DNA of 64,000 nucleotides, taken from assembly GCA_950097015.1 (NCBI GenBank), contig CATNEN010000006.1, positions 62,001 to 126,000 of the forward strand, in the 5' to 3' direction. How positions within the stretch are numbered: the stretch's first letter is position 1; each line of letters begins with the position of its first letter. The notes below the pieces were generated by a model. The model was not told the origin of the DNA and did no database searches. It saw only the letters and a list, made by a program, of their open reading frames with translations. A program made the translations under genes and the position numbers. The DNA is from Macrostomum hystrix. Taxonomy: Eukaryota > Animalia > Platyhelminthes. Below are positions 1 through 12,200 of this stretch, piece after piece.

Positions 1-191
1 GCATACAGATACAGTAAGCAAGCACACAATCACAAGTGTGTTCATTTGTCTTTTAAGGGCGTAGATTGCACAAAAATACCCCAAAACCTTCTCTCTGCGG
101 CTGCACCCCAAATGAATTTAGCCTGACTGCGGAATCGAGCTCAGGGACCTTGGTGCGAGAGGCAAACGCGTTAACCGCTCTGCCACTCACC
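1..191 (-). mobile_element. tRNA-derived SINE family 1, partial copy
   Basis: Minus strand reads GGTGAGTGGCAGAGCGGTTAACGCGTTTGCCTCTCGCACCAAGGTCCCTGAGCTCGATTCC (A-box/B-box head), matching the other copies. Cut by the window start. Confidence 0.8.
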
Positions 192-285
192 TACTAATTT
201 CGAATTATAATATATACGCACATACTACTGACGCTGGCGATCCTATTAGGCCAACTTATTTAGCGTTACAAAGCATCCTACTCAC

Positions 286-3200
286 CTTCTGTCCAACAAT
301 GATATAGTTGCCGTCGGGCGTGGCCTTGACGGATAGCACTGGTCCGCTGTGTTCGCCAGGAAAGTGGCACTGAGTCTCCTTAGTAAAGATATTCACAACC
401 AGGGTTTGCCCATCCGCGCAGCCCAACACGGTGTGCTTGGAGTCCGTTGTGACTGTCATCGCGGTGACCTTGTCACTGACGCTGTCCATCTCGTGGATGT
501 GAGCTCCTGTGGCGATTGATTTGACTAGGACGCGCCCGTCCGCGCAGGCCACTAGCAGGAAGGTGGATTCGGCGCTGAGGCAGACGCAGCTCACTGGGCT
601 GATCAAATCGTCGAACGTCATCATGAGGCTCATGTCGCTGAAGTACCAGACTTTCACTTTGAAGTCGTCGGCGCCACTGATGAGAAGCGAGCAGCTGGAG
701 TTGAGTGTGGCCGCTCGGACCCGACCAGTGTGACAGGTGGAGTTGAATTCCACAGAGAGGCCAGCGACCCGAATCTTGGCGAGGCTGCCATCAGCTGAAC
801 CGGAGACCAGGTAGCGACCGCAGCGGCTCAGGTGCAGTGTCAGCACAGGCTTTGGGTGCAGTCTGAGAGTGGTATGAGAATTAGAATCAGTGCGAATCGG
901 TTGTAAAGCTGGATTTATTGGTCTTTAAATCCAAAAGACGCTCGAAGATCATAGGTCATGAGAATGGTGTGCTCCTGAGGATGGTGTGCTCCTGAGGATG
1001 GTGTGCTGCTGTGGATGGTGTGCTCCTGTGGATGGTGTGCTGCTGTGGATGGTGTGCTCCTGTGGATGGTGTGCTCCTGAGGATGGTGTGCTCCTGTGGA
1101 TGGTGTGCTGCTGTGGATGGTGTGCTCCTGTGGATGGTGTGCTGCTGTGGATGGTGTGCTCCTGTGGATGGTGTGCTGCTGTGGATGGTGTGCTCCTGTG
1201 GATGGTGTGCTCATGTGGATGGTGTGCTCCTGAGAATGTTGTGCTCATGAGGATGGTGTGCTCCTGAGAATGGTGTGCTCCTGAGAATGGTGTGCTCCTG
1301 AGAATGGTGTGCTCCTGAGAATGGTGTGCTCCTGAGAATGGTGTGCTCCTAATAATAGTGGTCTCATGAGGATGGTGTGCTCCTAATAATAGTGGTCTCA
1401 TGAGGATGGTGTGCTCCTAATAATAGTGGTCTCATGAGGATGGTGTGCTCAATAATAGTGGTCTCATGAGGATGGTGTGCTCCTAATAATAGTGGTCTCA
1501 TGAGGATGGTGTGCTGCTGAAAAAAAATTAATAAGACTAAATCGCGATCTTGGTTGATCAACCAGAAAGTTTTTAAGTCTCACTTGATCAGTTGAGTCTC
1601 CTCAGTTCCATGGGTGTCGAATACAAGAACTTCGCCGTTCATATTTCCAACCGTCAGCAGATGGTTGTTCGGCGTGATGTCCAGACAAGTGACTGGCGTT
1701 GTGTTGTCTGTCAGAGTACATAATTATAGTGAGTACAGGCACAGTGAGGAATCAATTTCCGCCAGTCTGAATGCCTGCTTCAACTTTACGAGCTATGCTG
1801 ATCCCTCGATAATAAATTATGGCCACGGGAACCGAGATAGGAAAAAATGATAGCAGCCGCATCAGGTGGGCGATGGCGTGCCTGTCGGATTAATTCGCTA
1901 CTCGCGGGTCCGGAAAGAAAAAGTCGGGTAACTACGCTAGGCGGAGGGTGAGGCAATCGGTACGGTTGATTAGGTCCGAGAAGACTCCGATCTACGAGCT
2001 CCTGAAGGCAGGCCTTATTTGAGTTAAAAGTCCCTAAAAGCTTTGTCGCGTATGGGTAAGCGTGCGAGACCTGTCTTCCTAAAAAAGCCCCAAACTTATC
2101 TAGCAAAAGAAAATAATTCACCTAAAACTCATGCGATTCATGCACTTTCAAGTATTTTACCGAAGCATAAATAGATTTAGAGGTCATGTTTAAGCAATAT
2201 CGTCACCAAAACATCCCCCACAATGCTTTCTACTCCAGAGTCCTCACGATAGAGAGTGCAACATCACCAACAAACATCCCCCACAATGCATTCTACACCA
2301 GATTCCTCACGATAGAGAGTGCAACATCCCAACAAACATCCCCCACAATGCTTTCTACACCAGAGTCCTCACGATAGAGAGTGCAGCATCACCAACAAAC
2401 ATACCCCACAATGCTTTCTATTCCAGAGTCCTCACGATAGAGAGTGCAACATCACCAACAAACATCCCCCACAATGCATTCTACACCAGATTCCTCACGA
2501 TAGAGAGTGCAACATCACCAACAAACATCCCCCACAATGCTTTCTACACCAGAGTCCTCACGATAGAGAGTGCAGCATCACCAACAAACATACCCCACAA
2601 TGCTTTCTATTCCAGAGTCCTCACGATAGAGAGTGCAACATCACCAACAAACATCCCCCACAATGCTTTCTACTCCAGAGTCCTCACGATAGAGAGTGCA
2701 GCATCACCAACAAACATCCCCCACAATGCTTTCTATTCCAGAGTCCTCACGATAGAACGATCGCACAAGCCGGCCAGACGCAGCGTGGAACATGCCGACG
2801 CTGTTCAGCTCGCCGATGACAAAGAAGTACTGGGCATCGTGTGTGCTGACCAGCTGGCCCTGAATCTCGTTGCTGTCAACTGTTAGACGCAGTCTGAGCT
2901 GCGGAACCGGCAGCCAGAAGCTGAGCGGTACAAGCAGCGGATAGGACACCAAGTCGCACCAGGCCATGCACTGCTGCACTAGCGACTGGAAGTAGGGCAG
3001 GCCCTCTATAGAGCGAAACGGTTTTGTAGGCCAGAATCGATTAATAGCTAAAACCCTGCAGTAGGACGTGAAAACGTCCGAGAATGGTCCCAAACCATAT
3101 AAATTTGTGGCACTGTCGCAATACAGGCTTGGGGCTTGTCGTGTAATTTACGCCCTTTAGGGCCAACTTCCAAGGCACAGTGAAACTGCACACTGCCAGT

Positions 3201-6200
3201 CAATGAGAAAGTCAGTGCAGATGTTGCACTCCTGTTTGAGTGCCTGCGTACAGTATCAGTGTGTGTGTGCTCAGGGGTCAGCGGAATGGGCAGAATTGCC
3301 TCCTCGCTGGCTGTGGGTCTAGTGTCTACAGGGCAACAGCCCTGCTGCGATTGTTATTAATCTTACTAATGTGGCAGTTCTTGCCCAGGAGTTTCTTTCA
3401 TATGACAAGAACGATCTTCAACACCAAGTGGCTTGCGGGGAAATTTAACTCGTAAAAAAGTTAAAAAAATATAAAAGTTCGAAAGCATCATTCTTTAGTT
3501 CGGATTGGTACGAAGGAAGTGCTTTACATATATCACACGAAGGCCCATCTCCTACCTTGTTCTATTTCTTTTGTGAAATATAGGTCGCATTTTGAATGAA
3601 GCACTAGCATGGCTTTCAACATCGCCCCAATGAGAAAGGCTTCGCTGACCCTAAGCAATCGGGTTATTTGCACTTACTGCAACGACCTCGGAAGCGAGCA
3701 ATCAGCTCGCAAGCCAGATGCAGCGGATCCTGCTTGAGCACGTGTTGCCCGATTTTCAGGCACTCTTCCAGTAGTTGGATCTCGTGATCTACGTAAAATG
3801 TCATGGCTTCTTCTAATCGAAAGCTCAGGTGGACAGGCGAATAGGTGAGCAGGGTCAGCAGCAGGTGGTCAAAGTTGAACAGAACTCGCTCCTTGAATGC
3901 GTTCAGCTCGCCTGTGCAATTGTGTTTCGAAGAAAGGTAAAACTTTGCGACTTTTTGGCCATTTAAAATAATACTTTTAGTTAAGTTTAATGCTAATAGG
4001 GGGTGAGTGGCAGTGACGCGTTTGCCTCTCGCACAAAGGTCCTTGAGCTCGATTCCCCGACAAGGCCGACCCCGACATTTATTTGGGGAGCAGCCATGCA
4101 ATTTACGCCCCTGAGGTCCAACCTCCAATGCACAGTGAGAGTGTTCACTGCATGACTATGAGAAAGTCAGGGCAGATGTACACACCTGTGTGAGTGTATG
4201 CCTGCGTACAGTATCTGTGTGCGTGTGTGCTCAGGAGTCAGCGAAATGGGCAGAATTGCCTCCTCGCTGGCTGCGGGTCTAGTGTCTATCTATCTATTTG
4301 CAGGGGGCCCGGGGCACTTGTCGCACAAGCGACGGAGCGGCACGCCCCCAGACCGGCGAACTAGGCGGTTAGCGCCCATCGCGCCGCCTCCCCTGAGCAG
4401 GCACCACACACAGCAGCACAGACCAGCCGGGGAGGGCAGGAGGCACCCAGAATAGGCAGCAGTGTCCCCCACCCCAGCCCCACACGCACAGAGCATATCA
4501 AGCCGGGGCGGAAGGCTGATAAGAAATCAGTCCTGAGGGGGGGCCGGGTGATGAGTGTACACTTATCCAATCGCGCTGACGGAAGTCCAGATAGCGTGCG
4601 GCGTTGTACACCCGCCCCAAGCCACCCCCCGCAAGGCCTCACGCCCCAGCGCCAACGCACACAACTCACACAACGCAGAACAGGCACACAGAAGGTAGGA
4701 GCAAAGCTATTATTTCAAGCTTTGATTGCACGAAATATGGTGCACCTCCGCCGATCGCTACTGTCCTAACGCTCCAACAGGTCCCGAAATTAATCGTGCC
4801 TTGAAGGGAGAATCGAACTAGCGTCTATTGGAGTGCGAGGCAGCGACGCTAGCCGCTGACCCACTCGCCCCTCGGGTCTAGTGTCACCAAATGATGTGCC
4901 ATTGCCCGCAGCCCTCCTGCGGTTATTATTACTCGTATTATTATTATTAATAGATACGTGTAGGCGACGCGCCTCAAATGCAGGAAATTTCACTAGCGCA
5001 CGGCATGTCCCGCATCCGTTGCCGGGTTTTTATTATCAAAAACAGCGTGGAAGGGAAGATGATATCGAATTAAGCCGATTCGCAAGCTGCCCATTGCCAC
5101 CAACTCATCTTGGCTGATGCATGTATGAAGTATAATATGTACTCATTCCCTGCTCAACGAACTGAACTTTCGCAGTACTCGATGCGTGTATAGCAAAGTG
5201 CTGACAGGGCAGCAGGCCATCCCTTCCCCATCACATGATTCCCACTGAGAATTTGCTCACAGGTGAAGCAAAGTCCCCCCCTGCAGAGGCAAGCGAAGAT
5301 TCCCTACCTTTTCAAGCCTATTCTACGATTTCCTTATGAAATTAGCGGACTTTATCCATCTTGTGAGCAGGATTCCTAGCCGTATATTAATTAAATAGAT
5401 TGGCCTCCTTCAGTATCTATGGATTGGGCGCTGAGCTCTGACCACGTGCCGCATTCACCTACCTCTGCAATCGCAGGTGTTTTTAGATCGTCCTTATGCA
5501 ATCATCTTTTACTGTTTGTTGCTGCTTTTACCTCAAAGGAGCGCTATACTGTAAGAGGCTTTTCGGAAATCCTCCTGGCAGATTGTTTGTTTGATAATTG
5601 TTTTCAGTTTAATTTAAGACTCACCGCATCTTAGCAGGCAGTGCCACAGCATGTTAAGCCGCCTATAGTTGTAGACACCGTCACCGAACACCAAGGGCTG
5701 CGGCGTGAGCAGCAGTTTGGTGTGCTCAAATTTCGGCGGTATCGCTTTGCCGTCGCGCCAGCGCTCCAAGAAGAGGTCGCAGAGGCTCTGCTGCAGCTGA
5801 ATTGCTGTTTGGTCAGAGCAGTATCTCTCGGACAGTACAGAGCACATCCACGCGCCGCCACTGAGGCTCAGGACCCACCGGTTGAAGCGGAACCGCGGCA
5901 GAAGGAAATATTCTGGCAGTTGTATTGAGGCATTGTTTAGTGTTTGTTCATTTTGAGAGAGGACTTTGGATAAGCTGTTTCTTACCTGGGAGTTTGTTCT
6001 TGGGTCTGGGAGCTTATTTTTAGTTGAGGAGACTGCTACTTTGACCGTGAGTTTGTTTATTGGCAGATTTGGGAGTATGTTTACTGAATTGGGGATTGGT
6101 TGATTGATCTGGGAGTTAGTTGATTGATCTGGGAGTTAGTTGATTGATCCGGGAGTTAGTTGATTGATCTGGGAGTTAGTTGATTGATCTGGGAGTTAGT

Positions 6201-9200
6201 TGATTGATCTGGGAGTTAGTTGATTGATCTGGGAGTTAGTTGATTGATCTGGGAGTGGGTTGATTGATCTGGGAGTTAGTTGATTGATCTGGGAGTGGGT
6301 TGATTGATCTGGGAGTTCGAAACATCATGGGCTGCTGTGTGAGCAGCAGAAGCGATCGAGCTACTTGAAGATCGTCGAAATTTCTCGGCTCAATTCTAGA
6401 GCTTTTATTCAACGTAAAGTAACAATGCTCGCTCTAAGAAGATGCAAAATATTTTCTGCAACAAAGTGGCATTAAATTTTTAGGGAAATTTTTGACTCTG
6501 GCGAGCTTCTAAATTTAGTAGCTAGCTGCGCACACTGCTAGGGCTTTTATCTCTTTTATCTCCGCTAATACTGCAGAAACCGCCTAAGTAACTATAAGGC
6601 CCACTCAAGCCCTTCCTCAGCTAATTATAACCCCTATCCGACAATTGACAGATCGCTTATAGGGAGCTCGCCTAAGCTTGCGGGGGTGGGAATGATTCAG
6701 GTTCGCGTTCGGCCCCCCCTAAAAACGGGCGAATTCTGTGTGAGGATCAAATAACAAGGCAAAAATGGAGGAAGACTAGAAAATCCCGAACGCGCCGGAG
6801 ATGCCGGAGATGCTGACTGATAGAATGGGATTAGATTTCTGAACAGGTCTGAGCAGTGCTCAGTGCAAATCAGTGTCTCTCTGGGCGTCTCTCTCTAATG
6901 AAAAGAAAAGACTGCTACTGATATCAGTAAAAAAATCAAATTTCTTTAAATAGGCTTCCTAGAGTCTCGTTTTGGTGAGTGTGTTGTAAAAACTGACGTC
7001 GCTTATTTGTGACTTGCGTGACATTCGCTGTCAATTCTGCATGGACTTTAGTAGCTGGGTACAGAGACTAACAAGGTGTAATAGCAGGGCGCGAGACTCG
7101 TGGACGATTTGTGGATACGGCTTATGGGCCAATGGGCCAATCGTAAACAAATAATCCATAGAGAAGACAGCAATGTCAGCTTTTAATAAGATAAGAAAAC
7201 AATTTGCCAGTTGTTTCGTTGTTCTATCATAGTTACGTCTAGTTACGAGCAATTAAATTAGCTCAGTTACGAAGGGGTCGTAGCCTACTAGTTGGAGCTT
7301 CGGACTCAAAACAATGTGAGTCATTTAGCAATCCACTTAATTCTACGTGGCTTCAGTCCACCCAGCTTTGACAATGGCCACCAGCATGAGTGCTTTTTAC
7401 AGTAAAAAGACAACGCTATTTTTCCCTCGGGAGAAAGACCACAAGGGTATTGTTGCGATTGTTGTCCTGCATGTTAAACCCTGCGTGTACGTTAACTATC
7501 TCTGTCTCTCTCACCTGCCCCAGCGCACGCTTTAATATCGATCGCTCTTACCCCCTCCATTTTGAGCCCCTTGCTGTCCTTTCGCCTCCATATCTTATCT
7601 AGTTCATGCCGGCTCGCTCGCTTGACCGCCAAACAATCAATAAAATAAACTGATAATGGACTTGTCGTCTCTCTTCGCAAATTAGAACATTTTTCTCTAC
7701 AGGTATTTCAATTACCCACTGCCTACTTCACGATAGCTGCCAAACCGAATGACCGAATTTCGTGAGAATCCGCCATTTATCAGCCGCCTTTTACAATGAG
7801 AAAACTTTCAAAGCCATCCGACGTCAGCATCTTCAAGATATTCAACTATTTTTTCGGAGACCCTGGTGACAAGGACAACTAACATTGCACTGTATGAACC
7901 TCCTAGGCGATATTCTTGGTTCCGAAAGAAATTATATATATATTCCATTCAATATAGACGAGAGTCGTTGAATATCTCTGATTCTGGAAGTTGTTTCATC
8001 GGATGGAGCGGAAAATTTTGACCCGTTTCTGGATTTGCATGGCGATTGGTTGAATATTTTAGGTGATGCATGAAAAGAAAAGTGTGGGTTTTTAAATGCC
8101 CCACTGAAAATGACGTACGGAGATGCATTTAAGAGTCTCATAAAATGCTTCACATACTTAAATTGTACCACTGCAGCTCTGTCCCGTTGCACACTAAGGC
8201 AGCATTTCATTGAAAGCAAGCTGCATGACATTTTGCCATCTTCTGAATGCATATATCGCTTAAAATTGGACCTCAACTACTTATCTACGAGTTGGGCTCC
8301 CCGCACTGACCCAGGTCGGCCTTGAGACAAAGCCATGCAGTTGCCGAGAACCTATAGAATCCAGCCGCAGTGCCGTCCAGATCGCTGCGCCGACTCTCAG
8401 ACGCTGGTGGCATCAGTCGGTCGTCCGAGGTGAGCAGGTCCAGCAGCTCTGTCTCAGTCAGGCCCCATTCAGAGGCCAGCAGGAGGCCCAGCACAATGGA
8501 AACCAGCTGACGGCCGTGCCGCAGCTCCAGGCCGTCCATGCAGAGCAGGAGGGCGGAGCGCAGGTCGCTAGGCGGTGCCGCAGCTCCGGCGCCCGCCACC
8601 ACGCTGGTCATCAGGTGGCCGCATCTAGCCAGCAGGCGGGCCCGCTCGGCCGCCTCTGTCGGGCTGGGCAGACTCGATGAAGCTGATTGCCTTGTGCCGG
8701 GCACGGAGGCACTGGCACCGGCGTCTGTGACAGCGGCGTCTCCCGCCTGCTCCCACCCGGTGATGCGCAGGCGGCTGTCGGTGCGCTGGGCGAAGACGTC
8801 GATGAAGGGCAGGCAGCGGCACTCCGGCTTGACCGTCACCAGCATGTGCACGTGCGGCGGCAGCCTCTCCAGCAGCCAGTGAAAGCGGGCCGCCACGGAG
8901 CCCCTGGAGCGGAGCATGACGCAGTCGAGATCGTCGACCAGCACAAGGCACTGGCGTCTGGCCCTGCCGCCCCGCGTTGGCAGGCGCGTCAGCTCGGCCA
9001 GCAGCGAGCGCAGAAGCGAGGCCAGGCTGTCCAGCGACATCGCTCGAGGCGGCGCCGGCTGTCGCTTCCGCGATCCTCCGCCGCCTCCATCGAGGGCTCC
9101 GCCGCTGCCGGGGGCCTGCAGTAAAAGCTGAGCCTGCCGACACAGCGACTGCAGCAGGTCGTGAGCTGACAGGACCAGGCCGCACTCCCTGAGGAAGCGG

Positions 9201-12200
9201 CAGATGACTAGGGTGTCCGGACTTGCTGCCAGAGCTCGGCGATGCACCCGAAGCAGCAGGCCAGTCTTGCCGGAGCCTGGCGGGCCCTCCACCATGATGG
9301 GATAGTGCAGTGCGGAGTTGCCCTGCTCCCACAGCCGGCCCAGGCGATCGTCCAGTTCGCGGCTGGACGAAGAGTCGGTGTCAACGAAGAGCTCGCGCTG
9401 CAGCTGCCGCTGCTCCAGCTGGCGCAGGAAGTGCTCGGAGTCGTAGATGTCGCACACCAACACCCGGCCAGTACAGGCCGTAGTCGCCGGCTCCGGCTCC
9501 ATGTAGGCTGATGTCGTCGCGGCGGCGGCCGCAGCCGCCTCCTCGGCAGCGAAGAACTCCGCCCGCGCCGCCCGGAGCTCCTCGACACTCTGTCGCAGAC
9601 GGCCGCGCACAAACCGGAGCAGTTCGTCGATGTAGTCCTTGTGCTCCGGAAAGTCGACGTCCAACTGTTGTCCTGCTTGGGTGGCCGGAGTGAAATCAAA
9701 GATTTAAACCATACTGCAGCCAGGTAGTACGCAAGCTCTACTCACCGTCGAGTGAGTCCAGTTCTACTCTCATTGTCCAGTCGGGATCGACTCGGTTCAG
9801 CATGGTTGGCCAGTCCTGTGTGGCCTGCAGGCTAGCTGGCAGCGGGGGCTGCTGAGCCGCTTTGGAGGGTGTCGCCGCCGCAGCCGCCTTGCCTCCCTGG
9901 GTGGCTGAAGATTGGCGAGTTTTTAGAATGACGTCAGGAGTGGCGATTTCTTAGAAAAACATCAGGAGTGGTGATTTCTTAGAATAGCATGAGGAGTGTC
10001 GATTTCATAGTAGAACATCAGGAGGGGTGATTTCTTAGAATGACGTCAGAAGGTGTGATTTCTTAGAAAAACATCAGGAGTGTTGATATCTTAGAAAAAC
10101 ATCAGGAGTGTTGATTTCTTAGAAAAAACATCAGAAGTGTTGATTTTTTAGAATTGCATCAGGAGTGGTGATTTTTTAGAATGGCGTGGAGTTGATTTTT
10201 TTCAGAATTCACTGCTCTATTATTCCCAGTTTTGTGTCGTGGATAATTTTTTTAAACACAAAGAAAGACAAACAGTGCATTTTGCTTGTTGGTCCTAGCT
10301 TTGATTTTGGTTATAAATTTGAAACTAGTGTTGTCTGTTTGCGTGATATTTCTCTTCAAAATAGCAGCATTTAGCTCCAAGAAAGCGTTTGTTGACAAAA
10401 GGAAATAAAAAACGAAAGTAGAAAATCGTTACCAGCCAACCCTGGCTTCAATAAGTAGCCAAGATTTATATTTTTGACTTGCTTGCACTGTCTTAAGATG
10501 GCTAGAGTGCTGAGCTTAGGAGCCATGTAAACAGAACACTTCTCGAAACTAGAAGCTTCCCAACTGAGAAAATTCCTAAATCAGATGAGATGAGATGAGA
10601 AACTTTCAAACTGAGAAACTTCCTTAATCAGAAACTTCCCAAGTGATGAGAAACTTCTCAAATGATGAGAAACTTCCCAAATGATGAGAAACTTCCCAAG
10701 TGATGAGAAACTTCTCAAATGATGAGAAACTTCCCAAATGATGAGAAACTTCCCAAATGATGAGAAACTTCCCAAATGATGAGAAACTTCCCAAATGATG
10801 AGAAACTTCCCAAATGATGAGAAACTTCCCAAGTGATGAGAAACTTCCTAAGTGATGAGAAACTTCCCAACTGAGAAACTTCCTAAATCAGAAACTTCCC
10901 AAATGATGAGAAACTTCCCAAATGATGAGAAACTTCCCAAGTGATGAGAAACTTCCCAAAGGATAAGAAACTTCCCAAAGCATGAGAAACTTCCCAAGTG
11001 ATGAGAAACTTCCCAAAGCATGAGAAACTTCCCAAAGCATGAGAAACTTCCCAAGTGATGAGAAACTTCCCAAGTGATGAGAAACTTCCCAAGTGATAAG
11101 AAACTTCCCAAGTGATGAGAAACTTCCCAAAGGATAAGAAACTTCCCAAAGCATGAGAAACTTCCCAAGTGATGAGAAACTTCCCAAAGCATGAGAAACT
11201 TCCCAAGTGATGAGAAACTTCCCAAGTGATGAGAAACTTCCCAAATGATGAGAAACTTCCCAAAGCATGAGAAACTTCCCAACTGAGAAACTTCCTAAAT
11301 CAGAAACTTCCCAAATGATAAGAAACTTCCCAAGTGATGAGAAACTTCCCAAATGATGAGAAACTTCCCAAATTATGAGAAACTTCCCAAATTATGAGAA
11401 ACTTCCCAAATTATGAGAAACTTCCCAATTGATGAGAAACTTCCTAAATCTGAAACTTTCCTATTCTGACGCTTGGTAATTCCGCTAATCAGATTTCACC
11501 TCACTGTCACTCACGCCTGATGCACCTGTAGACAGCTATCAGTTTCTCAGTATTGCGGCCAATGCCGAGAATCTTCTCGCACAGCTGCTCGCAAGCTGAA
11601 AACGGAATTTAAAGATTCATAACAGAGTAGTAAAAGTGAAATGGCACAGTTTAGTTACAATGGCAACAACTGACCGGGTTTGCAGGGATTCTCCGGTGCT
11701 TCGGCTTCAGGTAGGATGCCGAGGCGGCGGCCCCAGGCTGTGCCCTTCTCAATCAGCTCAACCAGGCTGTCGTATTTGAGCACCGAACGACTGTGAATAA
11801 AGAGAGGTAGATAAATATAGATTACACCTAGCCAAAAGTCACTAACAAGTACTCACTGATTTTTCCATTCGAGGTCGTCAACTGCGTAGCCAGGCTGTCC
11901 AACGGTGCTAGAAATCTCACGGTAGACAGCTGAGAACACCTCAGCACCTGCATGGCCGGGTTTAGTGTCAGTGGCAATGCCAACTAGGGAAATGGCGGCT
12001 AGGAAATGGCGGCTAGGGAAATGCCAGTTAGGGAAATGGCAGCTAGGGAAATCGGGTGATAGGGAAAATGGCAGCTAGGGAAATCGGGTGCTACGGAAAA
12101 TGGCACCTAGGGAAATCGGGTAATAGGGAAAATGGCAGCTAGGGAAATCGGGTGATAGGGAAAATGGCAGCTAGGGAAATCGGGTGCTACGGAAAATGGC

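Noticed and set aside
4198-4455. Recurrent small ORFs MPAYSICVRVCSGVSEMGRIASSLAAGLV (also near 3240, 14186, 20412, 45353)
   Set aside because: They are incidental translations of SINE family 1, not a gene family.
7932-8325. 114-aa and 71-aa ORFs in an NWD intron
   Set aside because: No recognisable domain or splice support, and lengths are within chance expectation.
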